Below, one piece after another: positions 1 to 10,691 of a stretch of DNA of 64,000 nucleotides. The notes beneath the pieces were generated by a model. It saw only the letters and a list, made by a program, of their open reading frames with translations. It was not told the origin of the DNA and made no database searches. Positions within the stretch are counted from its first letter, which is position 1, and each line of letters starts with the position of its first letter. The stretch comes from an uncultured delta proteobacterium (GTDB taxonomy: Bacteria > Desulfobacterota > Binatia > UBA9968). The stretch is taken from contig CAVSLC010000002.1 in NCBI GenBank assembly GCA_963728565.1, forward strand, positions 96,001 through 160,000, in the 5' to 3' direction. Position numbers and translations under genes: made by a program.

Positions 1-1
1 C

Positions 2-919
2 GAGATTGAAGATACCACTACGCTGTTCGCGCCATTTCCGAGAATCAACGGCAAGAGAGTCTATCCGCGGCTTTTAGGACTGGACGGCGTTTATGATTCC
101 GGATTCTTTCCAGCGGTCAAAGCCTTACTGGAAAATGAAAGCTGTCGAGGTATCATCTGCCACGTTCGATCTACTGCAGATAGCATTCCGATCTTGTTTG
201 GAAATCCGAAACTGGCCGAAAAGGTTACTCACATTCCAATAGGAATTGGAATACCACCTAATGGCAAATCCAGAGGGGATGGCAGAACGGTTACGCTATT
301 GTTCACGAATTCATGGCATCAAGGAGCCACCGGCTTTTACCTGCGCGGCGGCCTCGATCTGCTAGAAGCTTACTCAATGCTTTACTCGGGAAACAAAAAC
401 TTGCGACTCATCGTCAGAAGCAAGCTACCCGACGACTTGGAGGGCCGATACCACGAAATTATCGAACGCTGCAATGTTACGGTGATCGATCGATTTCTTT
501 CAGAAGAGGAATTTCGGTCGCTCTTTGACAGCGCGGACATCTACGTATTGCCTTCCGCCCGGTTACACGTGGTGTCAATTCTACAAGCGATGGCTCACGG
601 TTTGGCAGTTGTCGCTTCCGACGGGTGGGGCATTCCAGAATATATCGATCATGAGAAAAATGGCGTGATAGTGGCCGGTCGCTACGGCGAGACATCGTGG
701 ATGACGCCAGACGGTATGCTGATGGAAGACTACCGGCCGCTTCTAACGACAACCCCTAAGATAGCGGATGCCCTAAGGGACGTCCTTGCCATGCTAATCC
801 GGGAGCCGCTCAGGCGACGACAGTTGGGCGAGACAGCTAGAAGAGATGTCGAAACGAAGTTTTCGCTTGAAGCCTGGAACTTGGGTCTGGCGCGAGCATT
901 CGACCGTGCCTTAGCGTGA
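2..919 (+). CDS. Glycosyltransferase family 4 (GT-B), 5'-truncated by window edge
   Basis: Frame is open from position 2. C-terminal GT4 signature ADIYVLPS...SILQAMAHGLAVVASDGWGIPEYIDHEKNG. Confidence 0.85.
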   Translation, partial: EIEDTTTLFAPFPRINGKRVYPRLLGLDGVYDSGFFPAVKALLENESCRGIICHVRSTADSIPILFGNPKLAEKVTHIPIGIGIPPNGKSRGDGRTVTLLFTNSWHQGATGFYLRGGLDLLEAYSMLYSGNKNLRLIVRSKLPDDLEGRYHEIIERCNVTVIDRFLSEEEFRSLFDSADIYVLPSARLHVVSILQAMAHGLAVVASDGWGIPEYIDHEKNGVIVAGRYGETSWMTPDGMLMEDYRPLLTTTPKIADALRDVLAMLIREPLRRRQLGETARRDVETKFSLEAWNLGLARAFDRALA

Positions 920-1183
920 GCCGAGATGGCGTCGCTAGAGTAAGAGCATTCGATTCCCGCCCCTCCGGTGTCGGGTTTCGCGACAGCTATGTGGCGATAA
1001 AAAACAGCGTCATGAAGTTTTTTAATCACCGGAAGTACCGATAAAATGTAACCAACGTGAATGTCACATGAAACGTAATGCCATGAATTAAGTTGACATC
1101 TGTTCCATTTTGGGCAATTGTAGGCGCCACAATCGCGACCCGAGATTCATGCTTTCCAGTGAAACTTCAGAAACCGGCAGTTT

Positions 1184-1714
1184 TTGCCAAACTCATATAC
1201 CCACCCGATAAGTTGTCGCATAGTACTTCTGCTCATCCTGACGCTTCTATATTCCGGCAATGTTCAGGCCAGTTCTACTCGCGCACTGTCAATCGCTGAG
1301 CTAACGAAGCGGTCGGATGTCATCGTTCTTGGTACGGTAACCGCCATAGCAAGTGATTGGAACGTCAATCGAACAGCAATTGAGACGCACATCAATCTAA
1401 AAGTGGAAGAGATTTTAAAAGGTACAGTTGACCACGGCAAAATCACCGTCCATCAACTTGGCGGTGTGGTAGGAGAAATCGCTAGTTCGGTCGGCGAAGC
1501 GGCAGCGTTTGTCGAGGGAGAAAGAGTCGCCGTATTCTTGTCTAAAAACGATCGTGAGAGATTACAACTAGTCGGCTTTTTCCAAGGTAAGTTCTCCGTT
1601 GAACCACGTCCCAAAGGGGAAATGGCCGTGCGAAGAATTCCGGGAGTTGACAAACCAGTGGATGAATTCCCTCTCGACAACTTCAAGCTGCAGGTCCAAG
1701 AGGCAATCGCATAG
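1184..1714 (+). CDS. Secreted protein, stand-alone paralog of the N-terminal domain of the downstream protease
   Basis: Signal peptide (IVLLLILTLLYSGNVQA). Motifs IVLGTV..., VEEILKG, QLGGVVG, GERVAVFL and QGKFS are shared with the next gene. Confidence 0.8.
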   Translation: MPNSYTHPISCRIVLLLILTLLYSGNVQASSTRALSIAELTKRSDVIVLGTVTAIASDWNVNRTAIETHINLKVEEILKGTVDHGKITVHQLGGVVGEIASSVGEAAAFVEGERVAVFLSKNDRERLQLVGFFQGKFSVEPRPKGEMAVRRIPGVDKPVDEFPLDNFKLQVQEAIA

Positions 1715-1749
1715 TACCAGGCGAAGTCCAAAGTTTCCTTTACAAGGAT

Positions 1750-4072
1750 ATGATCGACTTGATTCATCAAAATCGGACCGGAGTATCTTCGCGCCAGCGC
1801 CTGAGACTACTGATTTCTTGCGCCATTGTAATTGCTGTTCTTGGTTATTTGATGAATGCCGATGCAACCATCATTGTCCCCACTGAAGATCATCACCTTA
1901 TTCGGCAAGCGAGCACGATAGTACTAGGGCAGATTACAAGAATTGACAGCCACTGGTATGCGGCAAAAACACAAATCTATACTCATGTCGGAGTTCGGGT
2001 GGAGGAAGTCCTCAAGGGAGAACTATCTGAACCTGAGATAACGGTAAAACAGCTCGGCGGGACTGTTGGCGGGCTTCGGTCCTGGATTTTCGGCAGTCCG
2101 GAGTTCGCCCTGGGCGAAAGAGTTCTGTTATTTCTCACGGCAAATCCTGACGGGACTCTGCGAGTACTAAGTCTGTACCAGGGGAAGTTCTCGATTGTGC
2201 TGAATTCGCAGACCGGAGAACAGTTCTTTTACAGAGGTTTGCATCCGGAAGGTGTCCGTAACCTGACGCGTTCGGCTAGAAACGCAGACTCAGCTAAGCT
2301 GGTGGAAATGCGTCCGCTGGCCCGGTTTAAAGCTGAGATCGCCGCCCAAGTTGCTCAAGAACAAGCACCCGCTAGCTCTGGCAGCTTAGCTCTTCCAGCA
2401 TCAGTCGCGGGAGATATCGTTGAGCGCCATGAACGATTCACGTTTCTGGGAAGCCCGTCACGCTGGTTTGAACCGGATAATGCAAACACAGTCCCAATGT
2501 TCATGAATCCGCAGGGAGAGCCGAACGCGCCAAGCGGCGGCTTCGACCAGATTCGCAGTGCGTATCAGGCTTGGGGTACAGTTATAGGGACGACATTTAG
2601 ATTTCACGATGCCGGATTTACTTCTGCGCAAGGCTTTGCGTTCGACGGTATCAATGCTGTTTCCTTTGGTGATCCGCTGGGGCAGATTGATCCGCCTCAG
2701 GGGTGCAGCGGCACGCTAGCGATCGGCGGATACTTCCGGAGCACCAGCGAAACTGCATCCGTCAATGGCCAAAGCTTTTTCCGAATTCTTGAAGGAGATC
2801 TTGTTTTTGCCGATGGATGGCAGGGCTGCGGCTTCTACGAAAGCTTCAGCAATCTGGCCGAGGTCGCCGCTCATGAGCTAGGACATGTCCTCGGCTTGGG
2901 CCATTCGTCTGACCCGAATGCGACTATGTTCGCCGTTCGCCCACTTCGACGGCCGTGCTGCCGCGCTACAAAGTGACGACATTGCGGGCATAAACTTCTT
3001 TTATCCGAAAGCCGTCTCCACGGCCCAGATTCAGTATGCCGATGTGAATGGAGACGGTAATGCCGATACTTTAAACTTCGATGTTTCTGGCGGAGCAGGG
3101 GTTTGGGTGAGTCTGTCGGTAGGCACTGATTCAACAGTGCCAGAGTTGTGGTTGCAGCATGGGCCATCGACTCCCGATCAAATAAAGTACGCCGATGTAG
3201 ACGGCGATGGCAAAGCCGATGCGCTGTATTTCGATACATCGCGAAGTAGCGAGATTTTGGTCAGTTTGTCGACAGGAAGTACCTTCACGACACCGGAAAC
3301 GTGGCTTCAACACGGCCCATCGACGCCCGACCAGATTCAGTACGCCGATGTCAATGGAGATGGCAAAGCCGATGCGCTGTATTTCGATACATCTCGAAGT
3401 GGAGCAGTGTGGGTAAGTCTATCCAGCGGCGCCGACTTCGGGATACCGGAAATGTGGGCTCAATATGCGCCATCGACTCCGGGACAGATCAAGTATTTTG
3501 ACATAGATGGCGACGGCAAAGCCGATGCGCTCCATTTTGACACTACCGGAGCGGTACGGGTAGCGCTGTCGACCGGCTCGGTTTTCACCGCTCCAACCAT
3601 TTGGCTGCAGCATGGGCCGTCGACCATAGAGCAGCTTCAGTATATTGACGTGAATGGAGACGGAAGGAGCGATGCACTGTATTTCGATACCCTGAGAAGT
3701 AACGGTGTCTGGGTGAGTCTATCAACCGGGACCGGATTCGCGGGCGCACAACTATGGCTTCAACATGGGCCTTCGACGCCTGATCAGATCCAGTATGCCG
3801 ATGTCAACGGAGATGGTAGAGCCGATGCAGTATACTTCGACACACTGCGTAGTCGAGGAGTGTGGGTAAGTCGGTCAACGGGGACATCGTTCAGTGGTGG
3901 CGAGTTGTGGTTGCAGCACGGGGACTCTGCTCCGGATCAGATTCAGTACGCCGACGTGAACGGAGATGGCAGAGCCGATGCGTTATACTTCGATAGTTCA
4001 AGGAGTAAGAGTGTATGGCTTAGCCTGTCAACCGGGACGACTTTTAGTAATGGCCTTGTTTGGATCCCCTAG
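1750..4072 (+). CDS. Secreted matrixin (M10-like metzincin) with N-terminal beta domain and 7 C-terminal FG-GAP/VCBS repeats; frameshift near 2932
   Basis: HELGHVLGLGHS zinc motif and ATM Met-turn in ORF 1750-2976. Reading continues as FAHFDGRAAALQSDDIAGINFFYP in ORF 2885-4072 after one extra base. Confidence 0.85.
3027..4069 (+). repeat. Seven ~51-aa (153-nt) FG-GAP-like repeats
   Basis: Consensus QIQYADVNGDGKADALYFDTxRSxxVWVSLSTGxxFxxxxxWLQHGPSTPD occurs 7 times. Confidence 0.9.
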
Positions 4073-4180
4073 TCTCGATTGGCACATTTCGATCGTCTCT
4101 GATGCTTCTGCCGCCGGTGGCATGGCCAGAGAAGTTGCTCAGATACCAACCGCGAGCAAATGTCCTGGTCAGATCGGTGA

Positions 4181-5704
4181 TCAGTCGGTTGACCAAAGAA
4201 AAGCCGAAGCGAAGCTATCGCCGTTAGATAAACTGACCCACACGCCTCCGCTGCGCAGAGTATCGTAGTAAATAGCGTCGGCTTTTCCATCCCCATTAAG
4301 ATCGGAGTATTCGATTTGGTCCGGTGTGGATTCTCCGTGTTCTAGCCACAGCTGCCCTGGCGTAAAAGCTGTTCCGGTAGATAAGCTCACCCATACGCCC
4401 CGGCTGCGGAACGCATCAAAATATAGCGCGTCTGCTTTGCCGTCTCCATTGACATCAGCATACTGGATCTGATTGGGCGTGGACTCGCCATGTTGCAGCC
4501 AGTTTTTCACCGGCTCAAAGGCTGTCCCTGTGGATAGGCTCACCCATACGCCTCGGCTGCGAAATGTATCAAAGTATATTGCATCAACTTTTCCATCCCC
4601 GTTCACGTCTGCATACTGAATCTGATCCGGTGTCGAGGATCCATGGCAGATCCAGGATTGCGGAGAAGTAAAGCCGATGCCAGTCGAGAAACTGACACGG
4701 ACACAGTTCGACTTACCGCTGTCAAAGTAAAGCGCATCGGCCTTCCCATCTCCGTTGATATCTGCATATTGGATTTGGTTTGGGGTAGACTCGCCATACT
4801 GGACCCACATCTCTGCCGGCTTAAAGCCGATTCCTTCAGACAGGCTGACCCAAACGCCGCGGCTGCGTAACGTGTCGAAGTAGAGTGCGTCGGCTGTGCC
4901 GTCTCCATTGACGTCTGCATATTGAATTTGATCCGGGGTGGAATCGCCGTGTTGCAGCCACATCTCTGCCGGTGCAAACCCATTCTCTGTGCCTAAACTA
5001 ACCCAGACTCCTCGGCTTCCGGCGGTATCAAAGTAAACTGCGTCGATTTTTCCGTCGCCATTGATGTCTGCGTATTTGGTCCGGTTGGTTAAAAGCTGTG
5101 CGCTATCTTGCAGCCACTCCGCTCGCAGATCGACGGTAGGTTTATTGAAGGTCGCGATACAGCTTTTATTTGTGTTCATCGTAACCGAACCATCGACGCA
5201 ATCTGCGTGACCGCTCCAGCCGGTAAATGTCGAACCCGCGGCCGGCGTGGCCATCAATGATACGGTAGCGCCGGCGGTCAACGTCGCATTGCAATTTGTG
5301 CCGCAGTTTACGGCTATCGGATTAGAGGTGACGGTGCCACTGCCGTTTCCCGACCTGCTAATCGAGAGAATAAAAGTTGCCAATGTTTCAGTGGCTTTGC
5401 ACGCTTCGACGGAGGGGGAATCTCCAGCGCTGTTGAAAGCTCTGACCCGATAACAGTAGTTAGTTCCGTAGGAAAGATTTGGATCGGTGTAGGAGGTTAC
5501 GTTTGCGCCAACCGTTGCAATCGGCACGAAGGCTCCGTTTGTTCCAGTCATTCGATCAATCTTAAAGCCGTCCTCATTAGCGGAATTATCTACCCACGCC
5601 AGCTGCAGTTGAGCCGCGAGCGCCTCACGACTGAACGAAAGAGCCAGGAGCAGCAGTGATATAAACCGCTGGTTTATAAGCTTCCGTAGTTTCATTTGCC
5701 TCAT
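4181..5704 (-). CDS. Secreted protein: FN3 domain, divergent InlB B-repeat-like domain and 6 FG-GAP repeats
   Basis: Signal peptide; LAWVDNSANEDGFKI...YCYRVRAFNSAG (FN3); GSGTVTSNP...ATPAAGSTFTGWSG...SCIATF (B-repeat-like); six DxNGDGxxD repeats. Confidence 0.85.
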   Translation of the reverse strand: MRQMKLRKLINQRFISLLLLALSFSREALAAQLQLAWVDNSANEDGFKIDRMTGTNGAFVPIATVGANVTSYTDPNLSYGTNYCYRVRAFNSAGDSPSVEACKATETLATFILSISRSGNGSGTVTSNPIAVNCGTNCNATLTAGATVSLMATPAAGSTFTGWSGHADCVDGSVTMNTNKSCIATFNKPTVDLRAEWLQDSAQLLTNRTKYADINGDGKIDAVYFDTAGSRGVWVSLGTENGFAPAEMWLQHGDSTPDQIQYADVNGDGTADALYFDTLRSRGVWVSLSEGIGFKPAEMWVQYGESTPNQIQYADINGDGKADALYFDSGKSNCVRVSFSTGIGFTSPQSWICHGSSTPDQIQYADVNGDGKVDAIYFDTFRSRGVWVSLSTGTAFEPVKNWLQHGESTPNQIQYADVNGDGKADALYFDAFRSRGVWVSLSTGTAFTPGQLWLEHGESTPDQIEYSDLNGDGKADAIYYDTLRSGGVWVSLSNGDSFASAFLWSTD

Positions 5705-5732
5705 ATCTAGAGCCTCGCTGCACCCGACCTAC

Positions 5733-5747
5733 GCATGCCGAATGCCA
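5733..5747 (-). promoter_or_regulatory. Putative sigma-54 promoter of the FN3/FG-GAP gene
   Basis: TGGCAT-TCGGC-ATGC (GG-N10-GC) about 30 nt upstream of the start codon. Confidence 0.45.
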
Positions 5748-6127
5748 TGCGGCCGTTGCAAGGCTTGTACAGAAATTGGCGTAATTGGACATTGCCTTAC
5801 AAGATTGCTCCGAACTGGCAATGTACATTCTTGCGCTTGAGGCCGGAGCGCTCGTGGTGTAAAAAACGAGCATCGAAGGACGAGCACGCACTACATCGAG
5901 AACGTCCGCGTAAATTTAAGGTCCTGATGCGAAACGCGATGCAGTTAGGTCGACCGATGCTGATTGATCGTTGATCGGGAGGGATTTAATCGAAGGAATA
6001 TAGTGTCGGTGGCTGCGAGAATAGTCGTTGATCTCAATAATAAAATTTGTCGCGCAGAATGTGGTCGAGGTTTGTTGACTTTCCAAAAGTTTTTGCATAC
6101 CTGCTATCATCTGTTAACTCGTTATCT

Positions 6128-7063
6128 ATGGACACACCGCTGGTTTCCGTCATTCTTTTTGCCCATGCGCCTTACGCGAAGTTCATCCCGAGCTCACTCG
6201 GATCTATTCTGAAGCAATCCTATAGTTCACTGGAAGTCTTTGTGCTCGGCGATGGTTCTAGAGAATTGGAGCAGGCTCTCGCACCATTCAAGGAAGATCC
6301 TCGATGTATTTCGGCTTCTCAGGGCGCCCTGCCGTTCCTCCAGGCGAGTAATGAGGTAATGAAACGGTGTCATGGAAAGTACCTAGGTACCTGGAACAGC
6401 GACGACATTTATGAAGTTGATCACGTCAAAGTCCTAGTCAATGCTCTTGAAGAAGATGCAAGACTTGGCGGAGCGTTCGATAATACGGAATACTTCAGCG
6501 ATCAGCCTGTAAATCTCGGCAAAGAAAGGCCGAAGTTGACCTTAGGCCCGATGGTCCAAAACGGTCGTGGTAAGAAGCTCGCATCGATGCGGCTTTCGGT
6601 TCACGACATCCTTAAGGATAATTTTATGACGGGGCCCTCTTCACTGATAACCAAGACCGCCTTCGAATCAGTAGGAGGTTATGACAAAGACATCTATCTT
6701 AATTGTGATCTGCATTGGTTTTATCGGCTCACTGCCTATTTCCCGGTTCGCTATGTCGACTACATCGGCGTGAGGAAGCGTATCCATCCGTTGAATAACA
6801 CAGCTGTAAACCCTCATTATGAGTATGGCGTGCGCGAGCTCGAGCATATCCGCGATCACTATCCAGATGTCTATAGCCGGATCGGCAGGAACGCTTTCAA
6901 TAAAAAATTAGGAAGAAAATACCTACGGCTTGGCTTATACTACGAAAGAAATGGTGAGTTAACCAAAGCTAGAGAGGCTTATAAGCAAGCCATGCTCCTT
7001 AGAAAGTGGAGTCTTCGCTATCATTGGGAGTACATCCGCTCCACCCGATCGGCGGCCCGGTAA
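6128..7063 (+). CDS. Glycosyltransferase family 2 with C-terminal TPR-like helix pair
   Basis: PLVSVI...SILKQSY, GKYLGTWNSDD, VGGYD..DLHW; C-terminal YLRLGLYYERNGELTKAREAYKQA. ATG 6128 preferred as start. Confidence 0.85.
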   Translation: MDTPLVSVILFAHAPYAKFIPSSLGSILKQSYSSLEVFVLGDGSRELEQALAPFKEDPRCISASQGALPFLQASNEVMKRCHGKYLGTWNSDDIYEVDHVKVLVNALEEDARLGGAFDNTEYFSDQPVNLGKERPKLTLGPMVQNGRGKKLASMRLSVHDILKDNFMTGPSSLITKTAFESVGGYDKDIYLNCDLHWFYRLTAYFPVRYVDYIGVRKRIHPLNNTAVNPHYEYGVRELEHIRDHYPDVYSRIGRNAFNKKLGRKYLRLGLYYERNGELTKAREAYKQAMLLRKWSLRYHWEYIRSTRSAAR

Positions 7064-7325
7064 GTCCTGCTCTGCAACGCCGAATGCGTTATCTTGGTCC
7101 GAAGAGAAAATGATTGACGAGCTTGTTATCTGGTCACCGACGCGGTTTTGAGCCTTTTGTATTATCCTTGCCGCGGATAGCTGCGAATCAATCCACCCTC
7201 CGGGTTTCAACATCCTGAGAATAGGGTAACGCTGGCATACTAGGCCGTGAGAAAAGTTCCATCAAAAGCTTCAATCGCAAAACGTTTTCGCTCGGTTGGG
7301 AATCTGTTATAGTGATGCCCTGACA

Positions 7326-7691
7326 ATGCAGCCCGTCACGTACAAAGGCAGAATAATCGACAAACCCTGGGGGCACGAGCTCATATGGGCCCACACGGAG
7401 CGTTACGTCGGGAAAATTCTCCACATCAATAAAGGGGAATCACTGAGCTACCAATATCATCGTATCAAGGACGAGACCGTTAATTTGCTGGCCGGAGTTC
7501 TCGAAATGGATCTGGAGACCGACAACGGAAGAACGACGGTGCGGTTCTTCCCCGGCGATTGCCTCCATATAACTCCCGGCATGAAGCATCGCATGACGGC
7601 GGTGGAGGAATGCGACGTACTGGAAGTCTCCACGCCCGAACTGGACGATGTAATCCGTTTGGAAGACCGCTATGGCCGCGCCGGCACCTAA
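7326..7691 (+). CDS. Cupin domain protein (mannose-6-phosphate isomerase-like)
   Basis: KPWGHE, LSYQYHRIKDET, PGMKHRM, EVSTPELDDVIRLEDRYGR. Confidence 0.85.
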   Translation: MQPVTYKGRIIDKPWGHELIWAHTERYVGKILHINKGESLSYQYHRIKDETVNLLAGVLEMDLETDNGRTTVRFFPGDCLHITPGMKHRMTAVEECDVLEVSTPELDDVIRLEDRYGRAGT

Positions 7692-7715
7692 AACGAATCG
7701 CTAGGTTACTCGTTT

Positions 7716-9416
7716 ATGGAATCTTACCTGAATCTTGCCGAACGTTTAGTTGAACGACGAATGCTTTCTGACGACGAGTTGGAGCGGGTTGTGAAATTAC
7801 AAAACGAACAGCCAGCTTCTTTGACGCGTCTCATGGTTGAGCTCGGATTTGTTTCGGAAGACGATCTTCTGCCTGTGCTCCGCGATCACTTCAACATCCC
7901 ATTGCTGGCTCTGCGCGAAATTCCAGCCGTGCCGCTACCGATCGAATTTTCTGCAAACTTGGGCGAATTCCTAAAAACCGCGCGAATGGTTCCGGTGAAA
8001 GTAGAAGGACGCGATCTGATCGTCGCCACCAGCGACCCGTTTGATATAGCGCGGCTGCATGCTCTCGAAGTCGCGTCAGGATTGCGAGTGACGCCAGTTT
8101 TGGCAAAGGAAAAGGAAATCTCTGCCCGTATCGAGGCGTTATTCGGCAGCACTACTACGTCCGATAACACTCAAAGCGCCGTCGGCCGCGAAATCGAGGG
8201 CGCGGTTGACGAAGAGGATGTTGCTCATTTACGCGACATGGCATCAGAAGTGCCCGTGATCCGTTTGGTTAATCAAATGCTCGTGCGCGCATTAGAGAGC
8301 CGTGCATCGGACGTTCATATCGAGCCATTTGAAAACCAGCTAAAAGTTCGTTACCGAATAGACGGTATTTTGCACGAAGTCGAACCGCCGCCGCGGCAGC
8401 TTAAAGCTGCGGTTGTCTCCCGTCTTAAGATCCTCGCTCAGCTCAATATTGCGGAACGCCGCTTGCCGCAGGATGGCCGGATCAAGATCAGATTAGCGGG
8501 AAAAGACGTTGATTTACGTATCGCTACGGTTCCGACGCTTTACGGCGAGAGCGTGGTCATCCGCCTGCTCGAGCGCGGGCAAATCTTTACGCAGCTCGAG
8601 ACCATCGGATTCCCCTCGGATATATTGAACTATTTCAACGGCATGATTCTCAAGCCCCATGGCATGATACTCGTCACCGGACCGACGGGAAGCGGCAAAA
8701 CGACGACGTTATACGGCGCGTTGCAGAAGATCAATGATCCGGGAAAGAAGATTATCACCATCGAAGATCCTGTTGAATATCAACTGAGTGGAGTCAATCA
8801 GATACAGGTCAAGCCGCAAATCGGGTTGACATTCGCCAATGGGCTTCGTTCGATTGTGCGACAAGATCCAGACGTTATCATGGTCGGTGAGATTCGCGAT
8901 GCCGAGACGGCGGAAATCGCGGTGCAAGCGGCCCTAACAGGCCACTTAGTCTTTTCGACATTGCACACCAACGATGCTGCCGGAGCAATTTCCAGGCTAC
9001 TGGAGATGGGTGTTCAAGACTACTTATTATCATCCTCTCTGCTAGGTGTGCTGGCGCAAAGATTGGTGCGGCGGCTATGTAAGACGTGCCGCAAAGAGGT
9101 TTCGTTCTCGAACTTTGATAGCAATGAGCCGGAACTTAGTCTGCCCAGCGGAAATCTGCCGGAGCAGGTTTGGGAAGCCGTTGGTTGCAACACCTGCAGC
9201 GGCACCGGTTATCTAGGCCGAGTCGGAATATTTGAATTACTGCCAGTGACTTCTGAGATCTGCAAAATCATCGTTCAACGCGCCGATGCCGGAACGATTC
9301 GCAGTCTTGCCGTCCAACAGGGAATGCGCCTGCTGAGAGATGATGGCTGGGAAAAGGTTCGCCATGGCGTCACCACAGTTGCGGAAGTGCTCAGAGTGAC
9401 AAGGGAAGAGGCGTAA
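7716..9416 (+). CDS. gspE: Type II secretion ATPase GspE
   Basis: ASDVHIEP, ERRLPQDGR, Walker A GPTGSGKT, TIEDPVE, RQDPDVIMVGEIRD, CxxC..CxxC. Confidence 0.95.
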   Translation: MESYLNLAERLVERRMLSDDELERVVKLQNEQPASLTRLMVELGFVSEDDLLPVLRDHFNIPLLALREIPAVPLPIEFSANLGEFLKTARMVPVKVEGRDLIVATSDPFDIARLHALEVASGLRVTPVLAKEKEISARIEALFGSTTTSDNTQSAVGREIEGAVDEEDVAHLRDMASEVPVIRLVNQMLVRALESRASDVHIEPFENQLKVRYRIDGILHEVEPPPRQLKAAVVSRLKILAQLNIAERRLPQDGRIKIRLAGKDVDLRIATVPTLYGESVVIRLLERGQIFTQLETIGFPSDILNYFNGMILKPHGMILVTGPTGSGKTTTLYGALQKINDPGKKIITIEDPVEYQLSGVNQIQVKPQIGLTFANGLRSIVRQDPDVIMVGEIRDAETAEIAVQAALTGHLVFSTLHTNDAAGAISRLLEMGVQDYLLSSSLLGVLAQRLVRRLCKTCRKEVSFSNFDSNEPELSLPSGNLPEQVWEAVGCNTCSGTGYLGRVGIFELLPVTSEICKIIVQRADAGTIRSLAVQQGMRLLRDDGWEKVRHGVTTVAEVLRVTREEA

Positions 9417-9467
9417 CGGATTCACTCGTCAGGTTTCTGTCAGATTTCGCAGAGTGTCTGAGAGTAG

Positions 9468-10691
9468 ATGGCGTTCTACCAATATCGGGCCGCGGATCAC
9501 GCAGGCAAGATCGTCGAGGGTATCATGGAGGCTGAGGCCGAGCAGGGAGTTGTGTTGCGCCTCCACGAGATGGGCTGCATTCCGCTGCGCATCGGTGCTT
9601 CCGCCGAGAGTGGGGCGGTAGTTTCACAGGCGCGCTTGCCGCTGTTTTCAAAGCGCAAAATCAGCCAACAACAATTGCTTCAATTCACACAGGAGCTGGG
9701 GACATTGCTTGCTGCCGGCTTGCCGCTCGACCGCAGCCTGTCAATTCTTGGGAACCTAATAGAAGGAGAAGAGTTTAGCAAAGTCATGCGCACGCTCCTT
9801 GAGGCCGTGCGCGCCGGAAAATCACTGGCTGCTTCCATGGGAGAACATTCGGATGTCTTCCCAAAAATCTACGTAAATATGATTCGAGCTGGGGAATCCG
9901 GGGGAATTCTCGAAGGAGTGCTGCGTTATTTAGCTGAGTACATGGAGCGTTCGCTGGCGCTCAGGGAAGATCTCAAGTCGGCGCTTATTTACCCTGTGAT
10001 TCTGGCGAGCGCGGCCGGAGTTTCATTGATAGTGCTATTCCTTTACGTGATCCCGCGCTTTGCTGTGATCTTTAAAGATGTAGGCCAGGCGGTTCCTTGG
10101 ATTACACGAGTCATCATTGGCCTGAGCACTTCATTGACTGAGTATGGTTGGCTAATCGCTATCGCGGCGATTGCCGCTGTCGCCGCGGCAGTATTTTACT
10201 TGCGCAACCCCGAAGCGAAAACGGAGTTGGACCGGGTTTCTTTGCGCATCTGGTTAGTCGGCGACCTGGTTCGGAAGTTTGAGACGGCTAGGTTCTCCCG
10301 CACTTTATCGGCCCTGCTAAAAGGCGGCGTGCCGCTTCTCGAAGCACTGGGCACCGTCCAAGGTGTTATGGGTAATAGATTGATGGCACGGGCGATCAAC
10401 CAAGTGCAGATCCGAGTTCGGGAAGGAAAGGGCATGGCGCGTCCTTTGGCGGAAAGCGGTTTTTTCCCACCGCTGGCGCTTAACATGATTGCTGTGGGCG
10501 AAGAGACTGGCAAACTGGAAACGATGCTCGGGGAAGTGGCGGGTTTCTATGATCAAGAGGTAAAGCGAACGACAAAAAGATTGACGTCCATCATCGAGCC
10601 GGTATTGATTTTGGGGATGGGATTGGTGATAGGTGTTGTCGTGATCTCCATGCTGCTGGCAATCTTTAGTATCAATGATTTACCATTCTAG
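9468..10691 (+). CDS. gspF: Type II secretion inner-membrane platform GspF
   Basis: AGLPLDRSL, MIRAGESGG, ALIYP, GEETGKL, EPVLIL. Confidence 0.95.
   Translation: MAFYQYRAADHAGKIVEGIMEAEAEQGVVLRLHEMGCIPLRIGASAESGAVVSQARLPLFSKRKISQQQLLQFTQELGTLLAAGLPLDRSLSILGNLIEGEEFSKVMRTLLEAVRAGKSLAASMGEHSDVFPKIYVNMIRAGESGGILEGVLRYLAEYMERSLALREDLKSALIYPVILASAAGVSLIVLFLYVIPRFAVIFKDVGQAVPWITRVIIGLSTSLTEYGWLIAIAAIAAVAAAVFYLRNPEAKTELDRVSLRIWLVGDLVRKFETARFSRTLSALLKGGVPLLEALGTVQGVMGNRLMARAINQVQIRVREGKGMARPLAESGFFPPLALNMIAVGEETGKLETMLGEVAGFYDQEVKRTTKRLTSIIEPVLILGMGLVIGVVVISMLLAIFSINDLPF

Noticed and set aside
3027-5080. Repeats as a CRISPR array or a DGR template/variable pair
   Set aside because: They are in-frame 153-nt coding repeats with synonymous divergence; no spacers, cas genes or reverse transcriptase.
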